Assembly: GCA_040954595.2 (NCBI GenBank)
Contig: CM082584.2
Location: 10,940,552 to 11,004,551 of the forward strand
Length of the DNA stretch: 64,000 nucleotides
Origin: Balanoglossus misakiensis
Lineage: Eukaryota > Animalia > Hemichordata
Reading direction: 5' to 3'
Shown here: positions 1-18,048 of the stretch, piece by piece
Layout: each line of letters opens with the position of its first letter
How positions within the stretch are numbered: position 1 is the first letter of the stretch
The notes under the pieces: model-generated
Told to the model about the DNA's origin: nothing
What the model saw: only the letters and a program-made list of their open reading frames with translations
Database searches by the model: none
Position numbers and translations under genes: made by a program

Positions 1-697
1 TCCATGCCTTATCCTGTCGCCCACATTTTTAAAATAATGGGTCAATTATATCTTGAACTACCTCTAACACTTTCACTGACCCATACAAACAGGAGAGACA
101 ATAGCCAAACACTGTGACTCATGCTACCGTGGTATCTTAAGATGGGCGTATGCCTCCTAATGTATTATTGACTAGAACTTTGTGTCAAAAGGTATTAACA
201 CAGGGTTCAATGGCTTTGTTATCAGCGACCACAAGGTGAGGTCAATGGATAGTAGACTGGACACTCTAATCTACGCTATGTAGTGGAAGTTGCTTGTTAA
301 AAATGGACAATTTTTCTCTGCTTTTCATGAAAACACTTCTATTAATGTTTGTGAAGTCTTTACAAGGTTATCTGCCTTGTAGGGCCAAGCCTTGGCAGGC
401 CTGAAGCAGTACATGGGATATAAACTGGACAGATTCCAATCAAACAAAAGACATAAAGGTTAAGTATTTTCTTGTCTAACAAAGAAAGAAATACCAATGC
501 ACGTTCATACTATAGAAGTTTATAAATAACTGTGACTGTGGGGAGCTATGAAACCAAAGCTACTTGGAAATACCCAAACCACCTAAATCTTATTGTAACT
601 TAACAAACATCAGCAGACATATTTACATTTGGAACATAAGAGATTCAACAAGGCACAAAGTCACTCATTTTTGACATTATTTTGGTTTCTTTGATAG

Positions 698-733
698 ACC
701 CCCCCCCCCAGAAATCAAATGGTCCACCCCTAA
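698..733. mobile_element. Solo terminus of a poly-C/TAA-ended MITE; related end at ~20499-20535
   Basis: C-run-agaaatcaaatggtccacccctaa resembles C-run-gatatcaaacggaacatccctaa at ~20500. GGG ends abutting TAA resemble PIF/Harbinger-type termini. Confidence 0.4.
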
Positions 734-747
734 CTGTATTTAATTAC

Positions 748-2273
748 CTTCACCTTGGCAAAAAAAAAATCGGAATGTAAATGTTTAGTGTATATTAACC
801 TTGGAAAGTTAAATTTCCTTGATCATTCAAGACTAAAAACATTTCGCGCTATCCTTCAAAGCACGATGGCTGGTTATACCAGTACATATAGGGAAAACTT
901 CACCACACATACAGGAGTTGAAGATCATTTGATGCATATCAGGCGATTAAAGTTCTGCTCTTTCAAGAGTATGTGTTTTCTTTGACAGCAGAAAGGGTTG
1001 ACAATTTTCATAGCATGGTCCACGGCATGTACACCACCCACTAATCATATAGAAACATGGTAAACATAAACAATTGATTGAAGTAGTTACATAGGTCATA
1101 TGTACTCGGTAACCATGTCCTAAATAGTCTACATATGGGACTTCTGCTTCCGCTCAAATTAGAAATATCTGGTTCTCTGGAGGTAATTCTTGTTCCAGTG
1201 TTTCATCTTGATATGGGGGGGGGGGGGGGGCGGTTCACCCCCTGCTAACATGTTGGCACTCCCTAGCAATTTGTGAAGCAGTTACAACATGAGGGCTGGT
1301 TGATGCTTTCCATAACGTCAGCCATCAAATCCATTATGTTTACAAAGAGCAATGCCCTTGATAGTCAATATTGACAATTTAATTGAATTAATATTGAATT
1401 CTGTGCTATTTTTGTGTATTATGAAAATATGAGTTATTGTGTAGGTAATTTAATTACTGACAAGAACAATTTCTAAATGGCTTCAAACACTGCAGGTTAA
1501 AGAACTAAATCAGGACCAAAAGCAAGGAGTTGTGAGGTCGGAGCTTAATCCCCCCCCCCCCCACTCCCAGGGGGAAGGGGAATAGCTTATCAACATCAAA
1601 CTGAGTGATGGGATATTATTGTCTAATTTCCCTATTGCTACATGGGTTCTCACCATTGGCTGAAAGCTATACTACTAAAGTAAGAATACAAGAAACCAAA
1701 ATCTGTGGAAATGTCGGTCATCATCATCATTTTTGCTCAGTTATATATACCCTAACTGAACACAGAGATCCACTCCTGGAACGAGGTTACTTACCTGCGG
1801 ATGGTCAAACTTTTAAAATCAAATATGCATATCATAAACAGATCAAGCACTTTGATATTTTAAAGCTTAATCAACAACAAAAAACATTAACATGATTAAA
1901 AGCCGACAGGTTGGTTTTCGTGCGAGCACGCGGTCACTTTCCAGTGAGGAGTGCATCTAAATTTGGTTAGCAAACGAGCTCGGTGATTTCGTTTTAAACG
2001 TCCATTGAAAACTTACCTATACGAGGCGTCGACGCTACGGTACAATGCGTAAGTTTCGGCCCAACCCTGTCATACACATAAATGAGTTCAGGGTCGACTC
2101 TGGTAGCGCAGAAAGTATACAGCCGAACCCAACTGGCTGAAATTGTAGTGTGTGAGTTGATACCGTTTGCTGTTCTCACGAAAAGTCGAAAGGTATACAC
2201 TGCACTTATATCCGATTTGACATCGAATATGTAGGCCTACTTGAATGTAGATATAGTCGGCCTCGGTGTTCAT
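748..2273 (-). CDS. Putative 5' coding exons of an unidentified gene continuing beyond the left edge (MNTEADYIYIQ / FDHPQ / VK...)
   Basis: ATG at 2273 with exon 2241-2273 ending CAA|gtaggc; candidate exon 1795-1809 (aag|...CAG|gtaagt); candidate exon 748-753 (T10gccaag|GTGAAG|gtaatt). All are phase 0. TATA-like TATATAA on the minus strand near 2409-2415. No family recognised. Confidence 0.35.
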
Positions 2274-3709
2274 ATCTTGGACAGTTCATCTCCGCGCTGC
2301 CTGTGCTTGTCAAACGTTCATCTGCAGCTTTGATCATCCAATAGTTGATGTATATAAAGTGGTGAGAAATGCCTAAATGTACAGCACCTCGCTCGACTGT
2401 ACTAGTTCTTATATATCATGACAGTGCGAAGAGCGCCACCACGAGTATGTGATTAACAACTGCAACGCAACACAGAGCCAGAGCTGCAGTTTTCTCCCTT
2501 CTCTCTCTCTCTCTCTCTATTTCTCACATTGGCAGGAACCCCAATTAAACTGAGCGTGTGTGGATCGATTTTTTGCTGCACAAAATACTCAAGTTTCCAA
2601 ACTCTCCTTTGGCAACTCGATCGATCGTGGTCCTTGTCGGTTGCTATGGGAACTTCCGAAGGGGAACACAGGGGCTCGTAATGAGTCGATTATGTGGAGA
2701 CTACATGCGGCATTCAGTTAAAAATTCCGATTTCGACATATTTCGGCATTCAGATATTACTAAGAGTTTTAAAAACAGATTTTGAAGGACATTTAAAGTT
2801 TAGAATATCCGGCAGCTGCATAACCGGTGGTCCCGGCCAAAATGAAATTTTAGAGCATTGGCGTCTTATATTGACTTTTCCCCTCTAAATAAAACTTTCG
2901 TTGCCTCATTTTTCGGATTTATTTGGTTCATTAGTATATATTTTCCGCTGGTGTGAAAACTTCACCTACACATATACCGGTGCATGTATATCAGATGGAT
3001 TCACTACTTAAAATACACGTATTTCATTAAGACTTTAATACCAAAAGATATTCCGCGTTTGGTCTGCAACTGTAGGCCTATATTGAAACCTTTGAGCATT
3101 TCACCGTACAATCTCTACTATTTCAACAGTAATGGGGAAATCGGTATTGCATTTTCTCCAAATCCAAAGGTACATGTATATGCAAGATCTCATGAAGAAA
3201 GGGGGCTGCCATAAATTCTATTGGCAATCCGCGCACTATGATCACCAGGACATATGACACCAATGCACCAGCCAATCAAGTGCATGTACATTGTACATGT
3301 TGTACCATGTATATATCTTAGCCTTTAATAGGCCTACAGTACACGCCCATCGGGGTCACTTGCATTTAAGTGTCTGCGTATGCAATCGGTATAGACCGAT
3401 CTGATTCAAGGTCAGTCATCGGTAATCAGGTAAGTAAATTATATCATAGAAACAAGCTGGAAGCAAACTGACAGTTCCAATATGACAGCTATTATTTAAT
3501 TAAGCACCTCCACACATATGAACGTGACCACTATCACTACTGTTACCCTGCTCTGATTGCGCATGCGTTCAACACCAGAGTAGAACTGTCTAACAATAAT
3601 TCCAAGGTCACAAACGAAAACTATATTCTTCGAGAACTATTAAAGTATATTATGAGGTATATGTGTGTCCAAGTTTAAACCATTTTCAGTCCGTGTGCCA
3701 CACCACAAA

Positions 3710-3745
3710 TAGTCTAGAATCTATCCGTTCGTAGATTCTAGACTA
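3710..3745. mobile_element. 36-bp palindromic mini-element with 9-bp target-site duplication
   Basis: TAGTCTAGAATCTA-tccgttcg-TAGATTCTAGACTA (perfect 14-bp arms), flanked by direct repeats CACCACAAA at 3701-3709 and 3746-3754. Confidence 0.8.
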
Positions 3746-4132
3746 CACCACAAAATACGTAAGCCTAAAATGGAGAGATACACTTATTTGGGTAGTCCAG
3801 ATTTTTACTTGACAACATGCGTCTGAAACGCTACTTAAACGTCTCGGGTTAAATACTAGCAAGAGACGGCTTTGCCGGCCATACCTGAGCCATTGTTACA
3901 AGGATTAAGACCTCTTTGCAACACATTGTCTACAGTTTGTATGTTTGTAGGCCACGCCGGGGCCATAAATGCTGGTATTTCATGCACTTTGGCCCCGCAC
4001 ATCTATTTTTAGCCCTTGTATCACCAGGGAAATGAAAAGCCTCTGCCCTGTGTCACTAAACACCCCATCCTTGAAATCTCATGCTCCTATATCATCTATT
4101 ATTATTTATACATTTGCAGCTAACTAAACAGA

Positions 4133-6178
4133 ATGATGAGAAAGTGTGCCGCCATCTGCTTCAGGTGTCCCACTTGCTCAAGACGGAGAGTGTTCATCTT
4201 GCTAACCTTGATTGTTGCCATGGTGACATTGTTTCACTTCTTCCTTTTGCCAAAATGGAGTGGTGCCTACAACCAGCCCTGCCAGCTTACGCCTCAACAG
4301 CTGGAGGACATGAGACACATGGTCAGGAATATAGTCACCATCTACGAAGACATGAACATCACCTACTGGTTAGATTTTGGCACGCTTTTAGGAGCCGTTA
4401 GGACAGGTGACATATTAAGGTAACTCCAAGTTCTATGCAAATTCAATTCTCTTGCTTTGTTATTAGGTTTTACATCGAAAGTGAGCTCTTCGTCATCAGC
4501 ATAGCCTTTCCTATAGGGACAATATTTTTCTTGCTTCTGGGTTTCAGGTGATTATTTGAACGAAGTCGTATTCTAGTGGCATTTGCATTCAGTTGCTTAT
4601 TAATTGCTTGCACTGCTGTTTTTATTTGCTTTGGGCAATGCACAAACACCTAATGACACAAGTGGTACAACAAGGATATATAACAACAGCAAACACAATG
4701 AGTTGATTGCCTCTTTCACTGAGTTTCAATGCATGAATGATTCTTCCATGGTTGGTTTGTCCCGCACCATTCCTGCAGATACTAACTGATACGGTCAGCT
4801 GTCCAATCATCTCGATTAATATATACATATAACACCAGGATTAGAAACTGTAGCAGATGGGGCCCATCCCAAGGCTGGTAAGTTAGGCTGCATCTGATCT
4901 GAGATGCAATAGAAACTGAATTAACTCTCCATCATTAACCCATCTAACTTTCATGCCAACAATATCTAAAGAGTTAGCCTATCAACATAAGAAGACATCC
5001 ACTCTCACCCAATGGAATCGATAAAAGACAGATACTTGTCCTACAGATACCAGCATCATTTCTTTCATAATATCCTTCCTGTACTCTTTGTTTTTTCATT
5101 TTAGCATCTTATTGTCAGCTAGGAAACCCTTTAGTGCATCGCTTTCACACACTTAGAGCGCCTTTTCCTTTATGTTTCATCTTTCTGTGTGTCATGTGTG
5201 CATGCAAACCAGCCTGTGTGTTTAATAATCAATTTCACGTAGCGCCATTCTGCTACCTGTGTGCTAAAAAGCCCATGTTAACCACTTTCTTAGAAAATGT
5301 CAAAATTATGCATTTAATTTGCCAAATTGCAGCATGAATCGTATCACAGGTAAGTAGGAAAACTTTATTCGAAACTGATAGCAAGCTGTATTGTCCGAGT
5401 TTTGTTGTGCCCTCCTCAACCCTTTCACCACCATGGTTCAGTCCAAGCCGATTGTTTTCTATGGTAAGGTTGGACCTCCATAGAGAGAGCTGGGGGTGAA
5501 AGGGTTAAAATAGCCATTCCTCATGCCAGTTTCAATGGACAATTTTCGTGTTTCAGTGGGTGAAAGCAGAAGTAGGGGCGTAGCAGATATTGAGCCATAT
5601 TGAAGTTCTATGAATTCTGAATGAAGAAATGCCCAGTATTTAGCTTATCAACACAACATATTTGTGTATAGTCCGCATTGGTATGTGCGAAAAAAGTTTC
5701 AGCCAATGTCCCTTTAATGTATTGTGTGTTCATTTTCAGACATGATGGAGATGCGGACATTAGCCGAGTAATTCCAGAACGTGGTAGGTACAGTCTGTCC
5801 GAGTTCCGCTCGCGACTTCACGACGAAGGCATAGAAGCGAACAGCGTCATAGCCTCGTACAAAGGCCTAACAGTCGATCTTCATCTATGGAAAGAGTACG
5901 ACGGTGAATTTGATGGAAAACCACAGAGAATGCTCCAAAGATATTTTTCACAGAGGATACAAAAAGAACTGACAGTTGTTGATCGAACTTACGACAAATT
6001 TGTAAGGCTTCCGCGCTCTTGGGTTGTGCCCATGAAAAAAGTTGACTATATTGGAGTCAAAGCCAAAATTCCAAAGGAATACGACAGAGTCTTGAAGAAT
6101 AGATACCCATTCACATATTTTAAGACGTTTTCTTTGACGGTACCCTATAAATGGAAATGCTGGGTACCATTTATGTAG
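4133..6178 (+). CDS. LicD/fukutin/FKRP-family nucleotidyltransferase-fold phosphotransferase, type II membrane protein (coding exons 4133-4419, 5740-6178)
   Basis: N-terminal TM anchor (VFILLTLIVAMVTLFHFFLL). Splicing AG|gt...ag|A reconstitutes the LicD motif YWLDFGTLLGAVRTGDILRHDGDADI (GTLLGA...DxD). Confidence 0.88.
5416..5508. mobile_element. ~90-bp piggyBac-like MITE, copy 1
   Basis: TIR CCCTTTCACC...GGTGAAAGGG with TCAA/TTAA flanks; the internal sequence is shared with five other copies in the window. Confidence 0.8.
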
Positions 6179-7095
6179 AGCATGCATACATCCTTTCCAG
6201 TGTCACCATTATCATATTAATGCTTTTTCATGGTTAAACGGGCTTCCTCTGTTGCAGGTCCAAAATTATGGTACTCTGTTACTTTTAATATTATTAGTTT
6301 AACGACTTCAATTTGCTAACTGCTTGCCATTTTATACTTGCCATTTTTAACGTTTTTGTGAAGCATATGGAGGCTTTCAACATAATACACTGATAAGAAT
6401 TTCTTTTATTAATATTATTATTAAACATACAAATGATTCGCACTTTTCAATATTTCCACTGTGATATCAAAACACATCACACAATTTATAGGAGGTTAAC
6501 ACATACCCTCAGCTTCAATAGTTTGCTACAGAAATGAAATAAAAAAGGTGAAACAAATTTTATCATTTGACCTATCACGCAGAAGTTCTACAAATGTATA
6601 AGTAGAAAAAAAAAGATAAAGTCGGTGTGTGTGTGAACACAATACAAATCATCAGCCAGTGACAGGCTCTACAAACACACAAAAAAAAGACGGGTATATT
6701 ACCGCAAGTTTATACAATTCAAATATGTACTACACGTGATGTCCAGTAAGACAGGATAACTTGGCGTCCAGTGCAAGTACAAAACTCGGGTAAGAAGTGA
6801 AATCTGTGCTCTCAGCCGTTGTGGTAACCATGGAGATGTGGTAATTTGGACTGCCATATTTGGCATCATTGCACACAGATTCAAACTTCATACTCTTTAG
6901 TACTAGCAGATATTGAACTGTACCTAGCTAGCTTATATTAGTACCGAACTCTGCCAAGTTTTCATCACCGGTTCTTGGGTTGAATGCTTCTCTGCATCTA
7001 TTTCAAGTGTGTGGGTGGTTTGGAAGATTTCCTTAATGGAAAGAGCCTTCCCATTTGAAAATAAAAACACTCTTTTAATATTAAATAATGCAATG

Positions 7096-10000
7096 TTACG
7101 ATGACAATTCCTCAAGCACGCTATTGGTGGCCTTCCTGATGCAGTCAGCTGCAGTCCGCAGATCATCTTCGCTTAGCTCTACGGTGACTGCGACACGAAT
7201 ACTGCAACACAAACAAAAGATGGTTGTTTGTCAATTATTTCATGTCATGACTGCAGCTATGATCGACCAATAAGAGACTGTTATACTTGTGAGATTGGCT
7301 GCTTGATTATTTTTTTTTCTGCAACATCAGACCTTACCTTGGAGGCGGTGGAAACTTCTCCTCTTTCAAATACTTTGTGTGGACCACGGCTACTCTTGAC
7401 TCCATTGCCTGATGATAGAATCAAATTATGTCAATAAAACATGAATTCTGATCAGCTGTTCTTGAGATATTGTGCTTACAGACAGACACACACACAGAGA
7501 GAGGGCGATAACATTGTAATGGAAATGTAATGAAAAAGAGAGTAAACCTACTTTATTGACAATCTTTGCCAAGATGGCATCTTCCTCCTCTCTGGGAAGA
7601 CTCTCCTCCAGATGCAGGAAGTGGATGGAGGATTGCGGAACACTGGTGACGGAAAGTCCTGGAATACTGAATTTGTAAATACACGTATAAGAATGAAGTT
7701 ATGGCATCTCCTTAAAACATTTTGGGTGCAGACATCCACAAAGTGGCAGCCATTCGAGATTCAAGACTGATATTTACCTGGATAACAGCTGATGCATGAG
7801 CTGACATTTCTTCTGGAGCTCGGTGAACATTTCCGGCCTGGTTTCCATTAGGTTCAGTGCTTCGATCGCGGCCGACGCCAGGAACGGTGGTAGCGATGCC
7901 GAGAAACAGTAACCGAGTCCTGCAAGTCTCTGTGAAACGGGAAATAGACACATCAATCAGAACGTGGTTGAGTAGATTATCATGGCATCTAAGTAGTTCA
8001 AACAAGATGCGGTAACAAAGAGGAACCGGTGAGTTTAACTAGTCATACCTGATGGTCAATTACAAACGTGGTTCCACAACAGAATCCACCAATGCTGGCC
8101 AAGGAATTTTCCATGGACGATGTAATCATGTCCACTTCTTCTATCTGCAAAGCGAGATATAATGTGAACATTATTTTAAGCTCCATTAGCAGGGTTAAAC
8201 GCGTAGTGTTAATCTTCTCAACATAGCCTAAGAGTGCACAGTCAGCAGTGTTATTATTTGAATGTCTGCGAGAATATCTATTGACTATATCAATGTATTC
8301 ACTTACTGGTACATCAAAGTATTCTGTCAGACCTTTGCCATGAGCACCCAGAACACCAAAGGAAAAACTTTCATCCATGAACAAACGAACTTTGTACTTG
8401 TACTTCAACTGAAGCTGGAATGATTGAAGCAATGCAATTAAACATGTTATTTTGATGTCTCAGTCCTGGCTGGATCTTCAGATTCATATATAACATTTAG
8501 CCAAAGGCAATGAAAACTTAATTATTTGAATCTCAACTCTTCACACACTCACCAGTTCTTTCAGTGGGGCGATATCTCCATAATTGGTATACAAGCCCTC
8601 GGCTACGAGAAAACGCCTTGTTACCTTGGCTTTCTTCGGATTCTAATGAATGAAAAACAATTTGGAATTTCAGCAATTTTGATGGGAAAATTCACCCATG
8701 CATTGTAAATGAAACATGTTGATTGTAAATACAAAATATGGGCACAATTCATACTAGTATTTCAATATTTCACCTTCTTATCTTCTCTGGCTTGCTCCAT
8801 AAGTAATCTTTCCAAATCATCCATGTCATTGTGTTTGAAAAACTTCACATTGCTTCTGGAGGCCAGCAAACCCATCTGTATTGCAAAGCACACACCTTGA
8901 TCACTGTGGGAAGAAAACACATTCAACGTTGACCGCACCACATTCAGTGACTTCTACGTGTAGCTGAAAACTTGTTTGAAAGAGACCTGTTCATGACATT
9001 TCAAAGCTTTCTGAGGATCTGAGGAGAACTTGAAATGTGAGACAGATATGGCACAGATGACAAAGGATCAATTTGCAATTTACATCTGGTTAAAGTTCTG
9101 CATTGCTAACAGCAGATCTCACACCAGTTGAGATCAAACGGACTCAATGCAAATACTCGCCAGAAAATCACATCTGATCTTTTAGCATAGGCTGGAATGG
9201 CACTGGCTACAGTGGAGAACCCAAACGAATACAAAATGGCTTCCTCTGTCTTGAGGTACTTTGCTAGTCGGTCTTCCAACTCCAAGTGGATGTCTGTAAT
9301 AAAAAGACACAAATGAGAGATTTCTTTAAAAGAAAGTGTCCAAATTTAAGTACTCATCCACAATCACTAGTGTGTGTCTGACTTGAATCTAAAGGACACC
9401 TGGCCTTGCACGGGCCCTTCTGCCTACAGCTCAAAAGAGCCAACTCCACACTTACCCACTGTTCCATAGAACCCTCTGGGGCCACAAGAGCCAACTCCAT
9501 ATTTTCGTAAAGCATTCACTGCTCCATCCTGCATAAACAGAAAGTAATATGATAAAAAGACTGTGTCAGCTGTGAGATGGAAGGCAGTTTCTCTTTCCTC
9601 AATGTGAATAGAATTTCACCTCTACATAATGAGATATCAACAGAGTCCTACCTCAACTGATTTCTTGCCAAGCATACCAAGGAAGTTAAATGTGGCAAGA
9701 TTAAGACATTCTTCGCCATCAACTGTCACCTTAGCTCCTCCTTGTCTGTTGGAAAACATGACAGAAACTCTAACTACCGACAATTTTACATCTAGTACCG
9801 TTTTTCCCCGAGTGAAATGACCTGTGAAACCATCTTTCAAGCTCAATAATTGATTGTTTTTAGAAATCTTATATTATAGAACTTACTGGGAGATAACTTT
9901 GTACTTGCATACAGATCTGTCTTCAATTTCTGGAACCAGAGGCTCTGGCTGCCATTCTGCTATCAGTTGGTCCTTTTCCTGGTGTGCGCCAAATACATAC

Positions 10001-10777
10001 ACGAAAAAATAGCATAAAATTAAAAACACAGTGTTGCTATTTGAGTAGAATTGACAAGATTTCTATACAATGTTGGCCATGACTGAATGATGTATACTTA
10101 CAGCTTCTGTTAACTGATCATGGTTGCTCAGTTTGTAACTTCTCTTGAATGCCAAGTAGAAAATTCCTAAAATTAACACTACCTCAAAAATAATGTGGTA
10201 CAATGGAGCCTGTAAAATAACAAAAAGTGGCAATGAAGTGATTGGATTGGTTCCACAGTTTAATGTAAATGACACATCTGGAATAAATACCAAAATTGCA
10301 AAATCATTCATGGCTGTCCTAGAAAGATCTCCAGTATTACATAACTGTACACAGTACTACATCATAGAGAGACTGGACTGTGATATGCGGTACTTGATTG
10401 CCTAAAACGCTCTCCTTTGCTGGAATTTGCGTTCATGTTCGCGACACGGCGGCCGAACAGTTCTCCCCAGTTGTGTGCCTAAACTTCCATTCTCACAGAG
10501 GGTATTTTGGTGTTGAAACTATCCTAGACATGCTAGAAATGCACAACCACCAAGAAAACACAGCCAGTGCCTGGCAGTGGTATGTGGCCGATTTGTTGAC
10601 ACCACCCAACACACTAGGTTTGTTAACATCACGAAACTGACACTTAAAGTCGTGTTTTAACCCAAGCTAATGGCTCCAAACTGTAACTGCTGTTGTCGTA
10701 AATAAGACACATAATTTATTGGCTGTTACCTGATGAAAGGCTTCAATCAGTTCATCAAACGTCCAGCTTTCCACCAT
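7096..10777 (-). CDS. SPTLC1: Serine palmitoyltransferase long chain base subunit 1 (multi-exon)
   Basis: First exon 10730-10777 [16 protein letters not shown], then [15 protein letters not shown]; [11 protein letters not shown]; [38 protein letters not shown]; [18 protein letters not shown]; [15 protein letters not shown] (no PLP lysine, as expected for LCB1); [10 protein letters not shown]. Last exon [11 protein letters not shown]...LSS* ends at 7096. Confidence 0.96.
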
Positions 10778-11331
10778 CTTGGATTCCTACCCTATGAATA
10801 ACGTTTGTGTCAAAGGTCACAGATCAGGCCATTTAGGGTCACCTGTTATTGGTCGACGAAGGGTGCGGTTATGTCAAAAGTAGCTAATTAAAGTTGACAC
10901 TACAGCGTTTTCCTATTGAATATTAAAAATAAAAGAGGTTTTCTTTCGAAAAAGGAAAACACATTCGTCAGCGCGTTTTGTAATCATCGACTCGTATAGT
11001 ACGCCCTCATGCGGTTAATCCATCATCTGCACATGTTTTTAATGGCTACAGTTACATGAACAAATCATGACACATTTGTTCAAAAGAGTAAGAAAGGTGA
11101 TGCTGCTGGGTTCACAGTTACAAATGTGATACATATAGGAGTTAAACTATCACACACTCAGTAAATTCCCCGTCCTTGTGAAAATCTGTCCAAACCACTT
11201 GCGTACGAAATGTGTATGGCAAATGTTACCTCTCTGGATTAGCGTGTTTGCCGCTTGTCAATGAATTACTCGAGCCGTGCGCCATCTAGTCGAAATCTGT
11301 ATATAGTATACGCATCGCCGCACCAGTAACA

Positions 11332-16260
<4,929 letters not shown>

Positions 16261-17466
16261 GTATATGCTTACATCTAGAGCAGTAGAAAGGAGGAGAAGA
16301 ACAGTTCACTACCGGATTATATATGACATTTTCCCGCGTTTGTTTTTCAGTGATTTTAACCACCAATTTGTCTGTCCACCTCTGCCCTAACGACAGAATG
16401 CCCTCTGCATGTAAATGTACAGTTGTGCAATACTATTTCTATTGACACTCCGAATTTTTTTATATCCCGTGTCTCGTTGCATAGTGACCAGTCCCTAATT
16501 TACGTCCAGTGATATATTTTATTTGATTTATTTCAGAATTGTCAAAGACGACGATGCTGTACCACGTCCATGAAGTCCATTTATGGAAATAAATACGTCA
16601 CTCAAATCTGGCGAACCTTCTGGCGAACCATCAGCCTTGATGCCGTTCTGATAGTGTGTATACTACGTACATAACCCATGGAAGTTTCATATGTACATAT
16701 GAACGACAATTGCTGTTGCAATATGATCCAATACGGCTGCTGATTGCTTTAAGATTAATCCAGTGGGGACTATGACTCGTCTGCGTTGTTGGTTTTCGCA
16801 TTGGTGCAACACATTCGAGAGTTTGCAAAACTGGCTTTTAAAAAATCGCATTTATTTCTTCATCACACTTAATATCATAGGTTCATATTCCGGGAAATAA
16901 TTAGCCAGTAAAGAAATTTCACCATCGTGTAAATAAACATTTTAACTAATCAAAAGATGCAGTTATTCATCAAGACTCACGTGGATATGTACTATACACG
17001 ACCGAGTTCCCCGACATCTGGGATTTCAGAAAATATATACGGTTATACTTTGGGGGTTCAGGACTTCGAAATTTTACGGATTCTTCAGTTACTGAAACCG
17101 CCTGTTTTTGTATGCAAAGCATATCTGCACGATCATTCGACCAGTGAACCGTGAACTTTAGCCACGGAGTAGTGGCCGTGGTATAGTAACGCTTTGTGTT
17201 ATGACACGAGTGTCTATACAAACTACTAAACAAATTTTGTTAGCGCTAAGAAAAGACTCGAGCCTCAAACTCTTTACATGCTTTAACGCGAATCGTGTAA
17301 GTATAGTCAAAAGACAAGTGGCTTGCATGTATACGGTGTCATAACATAGGTATGTGGGTAGGTACACATCAGATTCCGTATTTTGTACACAGGCCAGTTT
17401 ATACTTCAATTATTCCCACCTTCGTTCACTGAAATGTTATGCAACAAAGTTCGATGCTATACCACT

Positions 17467-18048
17467 TTACTTCTCTGCACCACCTGTTGCCTGCCCTGCT
17501 GGTTCTCTCTCGACCGGTTCGTCAAACACATCTTCTTCGCTCTCTTTTGGAGGGTCTCCCATTTGAATCGGTATGACTCGCTCTTTCGGTTTCTCGACGA
17601 CCAACTTGGGCGCCTCCAGGGTCAGAATGCCGTCGTGCGACAAGTAGGACTTCACTTTCGCGACGTCTGTACCTTCGGGCAGCACGTACTGGCGGGTGAA
17701 TTCACGCGATATGTAACCGTGTTCGTCTTCCTTCTCCTGGTGTTTGGCGTGGACTACCAGTCGATTTTCCACCAGTTTCACGTTCACTTCTTCCGGACTG
17801 AAGTGCTGCACGTCGAGCAAGACCCGGAACATGTCCGGCGAGTCGAAGTACTGACTGGGACGGCGTTGCAACTGCCGCCCGGTGCTCGACCGCCGACTCC
17901 CCGGTGGCGTGACGAAGTAGCCGCGATAGAGATTGGGTGGGTCATGTAATGGAGACAGTCCGCGGTGGTAACCCAGTGCCTCGTCGAATAATTGCGACGT
18001 TCTGTCTTGATCGTCGAAAAAAGGGTGGCTAAAAGGAATCATAGACAT
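17467..18048 (-). CDS. Small heat-shock protein (alpha-crystallin domain, HSP20 family), single exon
   Basis: MSMIPFSHPFFDD...FRVLLDVQHFSPEEVNVKLVENRLVVHAKHQEKEDEHGYISREFTRQYVLPEG...LSHDGILTLEAPK, with a C-terminal IPI (IxI) motif. First ATG at 18048. Confidence 0.95.
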   Translation of the reverse strand: MSMIPFSHPFFDDQDRTSQLFDEALGYHRGLSPLHDPPNLYRGYFVTPPGSRRSSTGRQLQRRPSQYFDSPDMFRVLLDVQHFSPEEVNVKLVENRLVVHAKHQEKEDEHGYISREFTRQYVLPEGTDVAKVKSYLSHDGILTLEAPKLVVEKPKERVIPIQMGDPPKESEEDVFDEPVEREPAGQATGGAEK

